Source: Clostridiales bacterium (GTDB lineage Bacteria > Bacillota > Clostridia > Christensenellales > Borkfalkiaceae). Taken from it: DNA of 64,000 nucleotides. This document shows, one piece after another, positions 47,091 to 55,943 of the stretch. Below the pieces are notes generated by a model. It searched no databases and was not told the DNA's origin. It was given only the letters and a program-made list of their open reading frames with translations. The translations under genes and the position numbers were made by a program. Within the stretch, counting starts at the first letter, position 1. Every line of letters starts with the position of its first letter. Location: contig SVHW01000001.1 of assembly GCA_015055655.1 (NCBI GenBank), positions 15,465 through 79,464 on the forward strand, read 5' to 3'.

Positions 47091-47435
47091 ATGTTGTTGA
47101 ATTTATTGGCTGATGCAACAAAAACACGTACAGTATCCATTGGTGAATCTGCGTTATATGCGTTACTGGGATTTTTAGTTGTTTTCGTTGGGATAACGTT
47201 GTTGATTTTTGTCGTTTGGTTAGTAGGTAAAATCATCAATAAGGTTTCTAACGTACAAAGCAATTTAAAAAATGAAAAAGCAGCGGAAGTACAAAAGCCT
47301 AATACGGCAATTGCTATGGATAGTGAAGAAATATCCGAAGAAACCGTAGCGGCGATAACGGCAGCTATAATGGCATATTATCAAGAACAACAATCTAAAT
47401 GCGAATTTACGGTAAAAAGAATTAAGAAAGTGTAA
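47091..47435 (+). CDS. OadG-like small membrane subunit of a Na+-translocating decarboxylase
   Basis: One N-terminal TM helix followed by an Ala/Glu-rich tail (ETVAAITAAIMAYY). Position is between the carboxyltransferase and biotin carrier genes. Confidence 0.6.
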   Translation: MLLNLLADATKTRTVSIGESALYALLGFLVVFVGITLLIFVVWLVGKIINKVSNVQSNLKNEKAAEVQKPNTAIAMDSEEISEETVAAITAAIMAYYQEQQSKCEFTVKRIKKV

Positions 47436-47447
47436 GGAGAAAGAAAG

Positions 47448-47807
47448 ATGCGTAAATTTATTATTACTTTAAATGGTAAAACCTATGAAGCGGAAGTGGA
47501 AGAAGTTGGCGTAGGCGCGGCGACGACGCCTGTCGTTACGACGGTACAAGCAGCGCCGCAAACGAGTGCGCCTGCCCCTAAGAAGGCGGTTGCAAACGGT
47601 GAAAAAGTGCTTTCTCCGTTCCCTGGCCTTATTAAAAACTTGCTCGTTGCCGACGGAGCGACGGTAAAAAAGGACCAACCTATTCTTGTATTGGAAGCAA
47701 TGAAAATGGACAACGACATCACCGCGCCTTGCGACGGCGTCGTTTCCTTCCAAGTAGCCAAAGGCGCAAACGTAGAATCGGATGCCGTGCTTGCGGTTAT
47801 CGGTTAA
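47448..47807 (+). CDS. Biotin carboxyl carrier (biotinyl domain) protein
   Basis: Ala/Pro linker and the biotinylation motif LEAMKMDN. Confidence 0.85.
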   Translation: MRKFIITLNGKTYEAEVEEVGVGAATTPVVTTVQAAPQTSAPAPKKAVANGEKVLSPFPGLIKNLLVADGATVKKDQPILVLEAMKMDNDITAPCDGVVSFQVAKGANVESDAVLAVIG

Positions 47808-47828
47808 TGAGAGAAGTAGGGAGTTTCT

Positions 47829-49034
47829 ATGATGCTAAATAATATCCTTGCCAATATCGGCGAAATGTTCATAAATTTATGGAATTCGCTGGGTTTGAAT
47901 AAAGGGGATTGGCCGAATTACGTCATGATACTGATATCATTTATTTTAATGTATCTTGCTATCGTGAAGAAGTTCGAACCACTCTTGCTTTTGCCTATTG
48001 CCTTTGGTATGTTTATCATAAACCTGCCGGGTGCGCACGACGTCGTTTGGGGTATTCAACCCGAGGGCGTTGTTTATGACGACGTACAAAACAAAGGCTT
48101 GCTTTGGTATTTGTTCTATGGTGTAGATAAAGTAATTTATCCGCCGCTTATCTTCTTGGGGATTGGCGCAATGACGGACTTTGGTCCGTTGATTTCCAAT
48201 CCTAAGAGTATGCTCCTTGGTGCAGCGGCGCAGCTTGGTGTGTTTTTAACCTTGATTGCGGCAACTTGTATTGGCTTTAACTTGGCTGCAGCGGCGTCTA
48301 TTGCTATCATTGGCGGCGCAGACGGCCCGACAGCTATTTACGTTACGCAAAAAATGTCGCAATGGGCGCAATTTAATGGTTCTAATACCGATTTGCTTTC
48401 TGCGATTGCCGTGGCGGCGTATTCGTATATGGCATTGATTCCCATTATTCAAAAGCCGTTGATGAAATTGATAGTTCCTAAAAAGGAACGTATGATTAAG
48501 ATGAAGCCGCTTCGTACGGTCAGCAAAGTAGAGAAGATTATTTTCCCGATAGTGGTAACGCTCGTCGTTGGTATATTGTTGCCTGACGCCGTGCCTCTTT
48601 TGGGTATGTTAATGCTTGGTAACTTATTAAAAGAAAGCGGTGTTTGCGACAGACTTTCTTCGCAAGCGCAAAACGGGCTTATGAATACGGTTACGATTTT
48701 CCTCGGCATTTCCGTTGGTTGTAAAGCGTACGGCGCGACGTTCTTGCAATGGCAAACCTTAGGTATTATTGGTCTTGGCTTGGTTGCGTTCAGCTGCGGT
48801 ACGATAGGCGGTTTGCTTATGGGCAGACTTATGTGCAAGCTTTCTGGTGGCAAAATCAATCCATTGATAGGCAGCGCGGGTGTTTCCGCCGTGCCGATGG
48901 CGGCGCGTATATCGGAAGACGTTGGTAGAGAATCAGACCCTAGCAATCACTTGTTAATGCACGCAATGGGGCCGAACGTGGCCGGGGTTATCGGCTCAGC
49001 AATCGCTGCCGGTTTCTTAATTGCAATCGTTTAA
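47829..49034 (+). CDS. Na+-translocating decarboxylase beta subunit (OadB/MmdB/GcdB family)
   Basis: Polytopic membrane protein with IIGGADGPT and GSAGVSAVPMAAR motifs conserved in beta subunits. Confidence 0.88.
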   Translation: MMLNNILANIGEMFINLWNSLGLNKGDWPNYVMILISFILMYLAIVKKFEPLLLLPIAFGMFIINLPGAHDVVWGIQPEGVVYDDVQNKGLLWYLFYGVDKVIYPPLIFLGIGAMTDFGPLISNPKSMLLGAAAQLGVFLTLIAATCIGFNLAAAASIAIIGGADGPTAIYVTQKMSQWAQFNGSNTDLLSAIAVAAYSYMALIPIIQKPLMKLIVPKKERMIKMKPLRTVSKVEKIIFPIVVTLVVGILLPDAVPLLGMLMLGNLLKESGVCDRLSSQAQNGLMNTVTIFLGISVGCKAYGATFLQWQTLGIIGLGLVAFSCGTIGGLLMGRLMCKLSGGKINPLIGSAGVSAVPMAARISEDVGRESDPSNHLLMHAMGPNVAGVIGSAIAAGFLIAIV

Positions 49035-49058
49035 GTATAACCTTTGAGGTAAAATAGT

Positions 49059-50492
49059 ATGGATTTTAAATTTGAAAATAAAAAAATAATGCTCACGGAA
49101 ACGATTTTGCGTGACGCGCACCAATCACAAGCCGCAACGCGTATGCGTATTGATGAAATGTTGCCCGTGTTAGAGCAACTTGACGATATCGGCTATTATT
49201 CGATAGAAGCGTGGGGCGGCGCTACGTTCGATTCCTGCCTTCGTTTCTTGAACGAAGACCCTTGGGAACGTTTGCGTACGTTAAAATCGCACTTAAAAAC
49301 GCCGATTCAAATGTTGCTTCGTGGACAAAATTTGCTTGGTTATCGCCATTATGCCGACGACGTAGTGGAGAAATTCGTTGCAAAATCGGTAGAAAACGGC
49401 GTTGGTGTCGTGCGTGTATTTGACGCCTTGAACGACCCTAGAAATTTGGAAGTTTCGATGAAAGCGATTAAAAAATACGGCGGTATTTGCGAGGCAACCA
49501 TTTGTTATACCAGCGCAGTAGTTGACGGAAAAGAAATTTTCACGGACGAATATTTCGTAAAACTTGGTAAGCAATTAGAAGAAATGGGCGCAGATAATAT
49601 CTGTTTGAAAGATATGGCAAACTTGTTATTGCCTTTGCGCGCGTACGAGCTTGTTAAGGCTTTAAAAGCGAATTTAAAACCTACCACCAAGTTGCATTTG
49701 CATACGCACAATACGACGGGTACGGGCGATATGATGTATCTTATGGCGATTATGGCAGGTGTTGATATCGTTGACACGGCGCTTTCTCCGCTTGGTAACG
49801 GCACTTCGCAACCTGCTACTGAACCGCTTGTTGCGACGCTTAAAGATACGCCGTACGATACGGGTATTGACATCAACAAATTATTGCCTATTGTAAAACA
49901 CTTCAAGACGGTTGAAAAACGCTTAAAAGACGATAAAATTCTTACTGAAAAATCTAAGGGAATCGACGTAAATACGCTGTTGTATCAAGTTCCCGGCGGT
50001 ATGCTTTCCAACCTTATCAATCAGCTTGAAAAGGCTGGCAAAATCGATAAATTGACCGATTGTTTGGCGGAAGTGCCTAACGTTAGAAGAGATTGCGGGT
50101 ATCCTCCTTTGGTTACGCCTTCCTCGCAAATCGTTGGTACGCAAGCCGTTATGAATATCGTAATGAACGAAAGATACAAAATGGTTACCAAAGAAACCAA
50201 AGATTTGTTTGCTGGCAAATACGGCAGCTTGCCTATGCCTATCAACGAAGACGTTGCTAAAAAGGTGCTTGCAGGCGCAGAAAGAATTACTTGTCGTCCC
50301 GCAGATTTGTTAGAACCTGAATACGAAGCAATCAAACAAAAGGTAATCGACCTTGGCTACTATGAAAAAGAAGAAGACGTTCTTTCCTACGCGGTATTTG
50401 AACAAGTAGCGGAAAATTTCTTCAAGTGGCGCGACGCACAAAAGAAAGGCGTTGATAAAGATTTGGCAAAATCGGGCGTCTATCCCGTATAA
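49059..50492 (+). CDS. Oxaloacetate decarboxylase alpha / pyruvate carboxyltransferase (5S-type) subunit lacking a fused biotin domain
   Basis: HMGL-like TIM barrel (LTETILRDAHQS, LKDMANLL, HLHTHNTTG). Ends after the association domain with no AMKM motif. Confidence 0.85.
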   Translation: MDFKFENKKIMLTETILRDAHQSQAATRMRIDEMLPVLEQLDDIGYYSIEAWGGATFDSCLRFLNEDPWERLRTLKSHLKTPIQMLLRGQNLLGYRHYADDVVEKFVAKSVENGVGVVRVFDALNDPRNLEVSMKAIKKYGGICEATICYTSAVVDGKEIFTDEYFVKLGKQLEEMGADNICLKDMANLLLPLRAYELVKALKANLKPTTKLHLHTHNTTGTGDMMYLMAIMAGVDIVDTALSPLGNGTSQPATEPLVATLKDTPYDTGIDINKLLPIVKHFKTVEKRLKDDKILTEKSKGIDVNTLLYQVPGGMLSNLINQLEKAGKIDKLTDCLAEVPNVRRDCGYPPLVTPSSQIVGTQAVMNIVMNERYKMVTKETKDLFAGKYGSLPMPINEDVAKKVLAGAERITCRPADLLEPEYEAIKQKVIDLGYYEKEEDVLSYAVFEQVAENFFKWRDAQKKGVDKDLAKSGVYPV

Positions 50493-50507
50493 CGACAAAA
50501 AACAAAA

Positions 50508-50530
50508 CGTGAAACAATTATCGTGAAACA
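50508..50530 (+). repeat. 23-bp direct repeat, copy 1 (CGTGAAACAATTATCGTGAAACA)
   Basis: Identical to 50596-50618. Internally it is two CGTGAAACA 9-mers spaced 14 bp start to start. Confidence 0.9.
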
Positions 50531-50570
50531 AGAGCAACCACAACGGCGAAATCCGTTTGGTTGCTCTTTC
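50531..50570 (+). terminator. Hairpin/terminator after the decarboxylase cluster
   Basis: AGAGCAACCA-(17 nt)-TGGTTGCTCT followed by TTTC; the T-run is weak. Confidence 0.5.
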
Positions 50571-50595
50571 AAAAATCTTTGAATAATAAACCTTT

Positions 50596-50618
50596 CGTGA
50601 AACAATTATCGTGAAACA
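50596..50618 (+). repeat. 23-bp direct repeat, copy 2
   Basis: Exact copy located 35 nt upstream of the preferred start of the flavoprotein gene. Confidence 0.9.
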
Positions 50619-50652
50619 TTATTTAAGGTATTTTTCGCTGAGGGATTATTCA

Positions 50653-51927
50653 ATGGAAAAAGTAGGGGATTTTATTTTGAAAAACGTTATTATCATCGGT
50701 GGCGGCGCATCTGGGCTAATGGCGGCGTATGCCGCGGCGAGCAACGGACACAACGTAACCGTTATTGAAAAAAACGAAAAGTTGGGTAAAAAAATTTATA
50801 TCACGGGAAAAGGGCGTTGTAATTTTACCAACGATTCTTCCCCCGAAGACTTCTTGCAAAACGTTGTTCGCGGAGAAAAATTCTTGCGAGGTGTATTGTA
50901 TGCCTTTCCGCCGCAAAAAACGGTAAATTTCTTTGAAAATCACGGTTTATCGGTCAAAATTGAGCGTGGAAACCGTGTTTTTCCCGTATCCGACCACGCA
51001 AGCGACGTAACAAAAACGTTGGAAAAAGCCTGTAAAAACGTTGGTGTTTCGATACGTTTAAATGAAAAGGTAGAAAAAATTATCAAAGAAGAATATACTA
51101 TGCCAGACATAGGTATTATGTCACGCGTAGTAGAGGTATGTACAAATCAAGGAAAGTATCCCTGTGATTATGCTATCGTTGCAACGGGTGGTATCAGTTA
51201 TCCGTCTACGGGTTCTACGGGGGACGGATACGTATTTGCAAGGGCGTTTGGGCATACGATTGTTGATACGAAAAGCGCGCTTTGCGGCATCAATTTACAA
51301 GGCGATGATTATCAAAGTTTACAGGGTTTGGCGTTAAAAAACGTGGGTTTTTCTGTAAAAAACGGTGAAAAAACGGTATTTTCAGAGTTTGGCGAGGCGT
51401 TATTTACACATTTTGGCGTATCAGGCCCGGTTGTTCTTTCGGCGTCTTCCGTAATCAACCGTTTGCCATTGCCTTCGTTGACGATATTCTTCGATTTGAA
51501 GCCTGCTTTGGACGAACAAACGCTCGATAAACGTATTTTAAGAGATTTTGATAAGTATAAAAATAAACAAATTTCCAATGCGCTTTGCGATTTATTGCCT
51601 CAAAAATTGATTTCATTAGTAGTTAAAAGAGCGAATATTGACGAGAGAAAAAACGTCAACGTTCTTACGAAAGAAGAGCGACTTCGTCTTAATAAGACGA
51701 TAAAAAATTTATCTTTCAAGATAAACAGTTTGCGGGGCGTAGAGGAAGCCATTGTTACAAGCGGTGGCGTTACGCTTGCGGAAGTGAATCCAAAGACGAT
51801 GGAGAGTAAGTTGATTCAAGGATTAAAATTCTGTGGTGAAGTATTAGACATAGATGCGTTTACGGGCGGTTTTAATATGCAAATCGCCTTTTCAACGGGC
51901 TTTGCTGCTGGAAATACGATAAAATAA
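50653..51927 (+). CDS. HI0933/YhiN-family FAD-dependent oxidoreductase (BaiN / aminoacetone-oxidase-like)
   Basis: Dinucleotide-binding IIIGGGASGLMAA, TGKGRCNFTN, VATGGISYPSTGSTGDGY. ATG 50653 preferred over the track's GTG at 50611. Confidence 0.8.
   Translation: MEKVGDFILKNVIIIGGGASGLMAAYAAASNGHNVTVIEKNEKLGKKIYITGKGRCNFTNDSSPEDFLQNVVRGEKFLRGVLYAFPPQKTVNFFENHGLSVKIERGNRVFPVSDHASDVTKTLEKACKNVGVSIRLNEKVEKIIKEEYTMPDIGIMSRVVEVCTNQGKYPCDYAIVATGGISYPSTGSTGDGYVFARAFGHTIVDTKSALCGINLQGDDYQSLQGLALKNVGFSVKNGEKTVFSEFGEALFTHFGVSGPVVLSASSVINRLPLPSLTIFFDLKPALDEQTLDKRILRDFDKYKNKQISNALCDLLPQKLISLVVKRANIDERKNVNVLTKEERLRLNKTIKNLSFKINSLRGVEEAIVTSGGVTLAEVNPKTMESKLIQGLKFCGEVLDIDAFTGGFNMQIAFSTGFAAGNTIK
51099..51129. 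repeat. Intragenic copy of the phased palindrome element seen at 17050-17116
   Basis: TATGCCAGACATA (51099-51111), GGTAT, then TATGTCACGCGTA (51117-51129). The reverse complement of 51098-51120 matches 17059-17081 at 21/23 positions, with the same 18-bp phasing. Confidence 0.8.
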
Positions 51928-52009
51928 CCGTTTTTTTTGCGGATAAACTTGACGAATAGTTCGTTTTAATGTATAATTATATTTGTTGTAACAATTTTAG
52001 GAGAAAAAA

Positions 52010-53023
52010 ATGACGATAATTCGTGGTGCGACGACTATTGAAAAGGATTGCAAAGAAGAAATTTCTTCCGCGGTAAAGAATTTGCTCGACGAAATTTTTT
52101 CTTTAAATAAACTTGCAAAAAACGAAGTGAAAGGACTGTTGTTTTCTTTAACGACGGATATTCACGCATACCACCCGGCAAAAGCGGCGAGAGAGTGCGG
52201 TTACGATTTTGCGCCTTTATTTGCGGCGATAGAGCCGGAAATTATTGGCGGTTTACAACTTTGTATTCGTTTAATGCTGTTTACAGAATTGGAAAATGAT
52301 AGAAACGTAAAGCACGTTTATCAAAAGGGGGCAAAGGTATTGAGAAAAGATATTTCGGAAATATTCAATATAGCGTTGGACGGTCCTGCGGGCAGCGGAA
52401 AGAGTACCGTCGCAAAAAGTCTTGCAAAAGATTATAATATTTTGTACTTAGATACAGGCGCTATGTATCGCGCTTGTGCATTAAAAGCCCTGCGTTTAGG
52501 GGTTGACACGAAAGACGGAGAGGCTGTTAAGGCAATTTTACCGGAATTGGACGTAAAAGTGGAATATAAGGACGGCGCGCAGCGTACGCTACTTGGAGAG
52601 GAGGACGTTTCTCAAAAAATTCGAGAAAACGCCGTTTCTATGGCAGCGTCGAATATTTCCGCGCATCCGGTAATTCGTGTAAAAATGGTGGAAATGCAAC
52701 GAGAAATTGCCAAAAAAATGTCGTGCGTGCTTGACGGAAGGGATATCGGTTCGACGGTATTACCTGACGCAAAATTCAAGTTCTTTATTACGGCGGATAG
52801 TAAAGTTCGCGCAGAAAGAAGGTATAAGGAACTTTTAGCGCGCGGTGAAGAGGTGGATTTCGAAAAATTACACGCGGAAATCGTTGCCAGAGATAAACAG
52901 GATAGCGAAAGGGAGTTTTCGCCGCTGGTTTGCGCAAAAGACGCAATCGTAATAGATACGTCGACGATGGACGTAGCGGAAGTATTGGCTGCGATTAAAG
53001 GACATATTCAATCAAAAATTTAA
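52010..53023 (+). CDS. cmk: Fusion protein: AroH-type chorismate mutase (N) plus cytidylate kinase (C)
   Basis: N-terminal ~120 aa: IRGATTIEKD...HAYHPAKAARE...LCIRLMLF...HVYQKGAKVLRKD resembles B. subtilis AroH. C-terminal part: IALDGPAGSGKSTVAK, DTGAMYRA, DGRDIGT is Cmk. One uninterrupted frame. Confidence 0.8.
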   Translation: MTIIRGATTIEKDCKEEISSAVKNLLDEIFSLNKLAKNEVKGLLFSLTTDIHAYHPAKAARECGYDFAPLFAAIEPEIIGGLQLCIRLMLFTELENDRNVKHVYQKGAKVLRKDISEIFNIALDGPAGSGKSTVAKSLAKDYNILYLDTGAMYRACALKALRLGVDTKDGEAVKAILPELDVKVEYKDGAQRTLLGEEDVSQKIRENAVSMAASNISAHPVIRVKMVEMQREIAKKMSCVLDGRDIGSTVLPDAKFKFFITADSKVRAERRYKELLARGEEVDFEKLHAEIVARDKQDSEREFSPLVCAKDAIVIDTSTMDVAEVLAAIKGHIQSKI

Positions 53024-53032
53024 AGGCGAATT

Positions 53033-53758
53033 ATGGAAGAAAAAGAAGAAAAACAAAAGCAGAAAAAGGTTGCTAAAAAGCGTGAAATTACGGTAAAAGC
53101 CAATAAAAAAGGCAGACATATTATGCATTTTATGAACTTTTTGCGTATTTTGGTCTTGCCGATTTATTGGTTGTTAAAGCCTTGCCGTTTTTATGGGAAT
53201 CGAAAAGTGAAAGACGGGGCTGCGGTGTACGTATCTAACCACCGCGTTATGTTTGATATTGCTTATCCTGCGATGACGACGTGGGAGGGGTTGCATTTCG
53301 TTCCCAAGAAATCTTTGACGACAAAACCGATTGTACGCGGTCTTATCCGCATTTTAAAGGCAATTCCCGTCAACCGCGACGGCAACGACGTGCGCGCGTT
53401 GTTAGACTGCTTTAAATGCTTAAAAAACGGTGAAAAAGTGGTCGTTTTTCCCGAAGGGAAAAGAAATAAAACGGACGAAATTATGTTGCCCTTTAAAGGC
53501 GGCGCTGCGGTGATGGCGATTCGTACGAAGAGCCCCATTATTCCCATCGTCGTCTATTCGAAACCGCGCTTTTTCCGCTGTACGCATATTTTGATAGACG
53601 ACCCGTTTGAGCTTTCAGAGTATTACGATAGGAAATTAACGGAAGAAGAGATTGCGGAAGCAGACGACAAATTGCGCGAACATATGTTGCAAATGCATAG
53701 AGCGCATACGGAATATTTACAAGCGAAAAAGAGAAAGAAAAAGGAAAAGAAGGCGTAA
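53033..53758 (+). CDS. plsC: 1-acyl-sn-glycerol-3-phosphate acyltransferase
   Basis: HX4D motif NHRVMFD and FPEGKRN, with an N-terminal membrane-associated segment. Classic cmk-plsC-rpsA neighbourhood. Confidence 0.85.
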   Translation: MEEKEEKQKQKKVAKKREITVKANKKGRHIMHFMNFLRILVLPIYWLLKPCRFYGNRKVKDGAAVYVSNHRVMFDIAYPAMTTWEGLHFVPKKSLTTKPIVRGLIRILKAIPVNRDGNDVRALLDCFKCLKNGEKVVVFPEGKRNKTDEIMLPFKGGAAVMAIRTKSPIIPIVVYSKPRFFRCTHILIDDPFELSEYYDRKLTEEEIAEADDKLREHMLQMHRAHTEYLQAKKRKKKEKKA

Positions 53759-53761
53759 TCA

Positions 53762-55834
53762 ATGGATATCATCGTCGCAAAAAACGGCGGTTTTTGTCGC
53801 GGGGTTCAAAAAGCGGTGGATACTGCCTTGACCGTTCCGCCCGAAAATACGTATATATACGGAGAAATTATTCATAATCCCGACGTTGTGAAAACGATTA
53901 CCGACCGAGGGATTAAAACGGTTGATAATCTTGACGACGTACCGACGGGGGCTCGTTTAATTATCCGTTCTCACGGCGTAGGGGAAAAAGTGTATGTAGA
54001 TTGCGCGCGGCGAGATATACAAATCATCGATTGCACTTGCGAATTCGTAAAGCGTACGCAAAAAATTATACGCGAAGAATATTCGAAAGGGAAGACGATT
54101 ATTATCGTTGGCGAGCCTACGCATCCGGAAGTTATCGGGTTAAACGGATGGTGTAACGATACGGCGTACGTATTCACTTCGGATACGGATGATTTTTCGA
54201 TTTTGCCGAACAATGACTGCTGTATCGTGGCGCAAACGACCTATTCACAGGAAAAATTTGATAAAATTATTAAAAATCTTAACGATAAACGCCAAAAAAC
54301 AGTTGAGATTTTTGAAACAATTTGCTATACTACTATAGGACGGCAAAACGAAGCAAGCGAACTTGCGAAACAATGCGACGCAGTATTGGTTATCGGGGGC
54401 TTGAACAGCAGCAACACCAATAAGCTTTACGATATTTGCTCGAAGCATTGCGCCAACGTATTTCGTTTGGGGAGCGCTGCCGATTTCGAATATAAAAAGA
54501 TTAAAAGATTTAAAAAGGTAGGTATTGTTACGGGTGCCAGCACCCCTAACGGGCAAACTCAGGAGGTTCTCTTAAAAATGGAAATGGAAACAGAAGCAAA
54601 AGCAACGATGGCGGAAGTCGTTGCGAATATGGACAATCAACAACGTTTTAAAAAAGGACAGTTGATTACGGCTACAATCTCGTCGGCAGACGAAAAGGGT
54701 GTTGAAGTGCTGCTCCCCAACACCAAGAAAGAAGTGCTGCTTGACAAAGACCAAGTTGATTGCGAAGTGTATAACAAAGACGACTTTGCAGGTAAAATTG
54801 GTGAAGAGATTGAATTGATGGTTGTAGCGGTAACGCCGCGCGTCGTTCTTTCGCAAAAACAAATTAAACAAGTGAAGGAAGAAGAAGCGATGCTCGCTGA
54901 CGTAACGTCCGGTAAAGATTTCGAAGTTGAATGTACTGGCTTCAACAAGGGCGGCTTAACGGCTCAACTTGGTTCTTATACGGTATTCGTTCCTGCGCGT
55001 GAAATTCGTCCGGGATTCGTTAAAGAATTGGATAAATACGTAGGCAAAAAATTGCGTCTTCGTCTTATCGAATTAAAAACGGAAAGAAGAAAAGAAATTA
55101 TTGCGTCTCAACGCGTGATTATGGAAGAAGAAAGAGCAGCTAGAGAAGCGGCAAAAGCAGCAAAAGAAGCTGAATTCTTTGCAAATATCCACGTTGACGA
55201 CGTAGTGGAAGGTAAAGTTGAAAGAGCGACTGCCTTTGGCGCGTTCGTATCCGTAAACGGTTTCGACTGCCTTGCGCACATCTCCGATTTGTCTTGGACG
55301 GGTGCAAAAGCTGTTACCGAAGTTTTGGAAATCGGCAAGAAATACCAATTCAAAGTTCTTAAAATCGACGAAGAAACGAAGAAGGTTTCCATTGGTTATA
55401 AACAATTGCAACCCCAACCTTGGGACATCGCTGCTGAAAAGTATGCAGAAGGCGATGTTATCCACGGTAAGGTTGTAAGAATCGTTCCTTTCGGTGCGTT
55501 TGTGGAAGTTGAAAAAGGCATTGACGGTCTTGTTCACGTATCGCAAATTTCTCACGAATTCCTTGAAAATCCCACGACGGTTCTTTCCATCGGTCAAGAA
55601 ATCGACGCGAAGATTTTAAAATTAGATTGCGCAGAAAAGAAGATGAACCTTTCCATCAAAGCGCTTGAACCGAAGCCTGAAAACCTTGAAAGAAAAGAAA
55701 AACCTCAAAAAGAAGAGGGTGAAGGCAAAGAAAAAACGAGAAAGCCCAGAGCTGCAAAACCCGTTGATGAAGTTACGGAATGGAGCGAAGAAGGTATTTC
55801 CAGCGTTTCTATTGCTGATTTATTGAATAAATAA
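53762..55834 (+). CDS. ispH: Bifunctional 4-hydroxy-3-methylbut-2-enyl diphosphate reductase (IspH) / ribosomal protein S1-like
   Basis: IspH N-half (GFCRGVQKAV, IRSHGV, VAQTT, GGLNSSNTNKL) followed by four S1 domains (e.g. GKVERATAFGAFV, GKVVRIVPFGAFVEV). Confidence 0.9.
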   Translation: MDIIVAKNGGFCRGVQKAVDTALTVPPENTYIYGEIIHNPDVVKTITDRGIKTVDNLDDVPTGARLIIRSHGVGEKVYVDCARRDIQIIDCTCEFVKRTQKIIREEYSKGKTIIIVGEPTHPEVIGLNGWCNDTAYVFTSDTDDFSILPNNDCCIVAQTTYSQEKFDKIIKNLNDKRQKTVEIFETICYTTIGRQNEASELAKQCDAVLVIGGLNSSNTNKLYDICSKHCANVFRLGSAADFEYKKIKRFKKVGIVTGASTPNGQTQEVLLKMEMETEAKATMAEVVANMDNQQRFKKGQLITATISSADEKGVEVLLPNTKKEVLLDKDQVDCEVYNKDDFAGKIGEEIELMVVAVTPRVVLSQKQIKQVKEEEAMLADVTSGKDFEVECTGFNKGGLTAQLGSYTVFVPAREIRPGFVKELDKYVGKKLRLRLIELKTERRKEIIASQRVIMEEERAAREAAKAAKEAEFFANIHVDDVVEGKVERATAFGAFVSVNGFDCLAHISDLSWTGAKAVTEVLEIGKKYQFKVLKIDEETKKVSIGYKQLQPQPWDIAAEKYAEGDVIHGKVVRIVPFGAFVEVEKGIDGLVHVSQISHEFLENPTTVLSIGQEIDAKILKLDCAEKKMNLSIKALEPKPENLERKEKPQKEEGEGKEKTRKPRAAKPVDEVTEWSEEGISSVSIADLLNK

Positions 55835-55862
55835 TTGCTCTTTCAAAAAATTAAACATATCG

Positions 55863-55896
55863 ATATCCTCACGTTTATGCGTGAGGATATTTTTTT
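55863..55896 (+). terminator. Intrinsic terminator after ispH-S1
   Basis: ATATCCTCACG-TTTATG-CGTGAGGATAT followed by TTTTTT. Confidence 0.75.
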
Positions 55897-55943
55897 GTCT
55901 TTTTTACGTTCTAAGCGGACAAGCAAATACGTATATTATACAG

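Noticed and set aside
53762-55834. IspH fused to four S1 domains as a novel fusion.
   Set aside because: To my knowledge this bifunctional IspH/S1 gene is a known, widespread arrangement in Clostridia, so it is recorded only as a feature.
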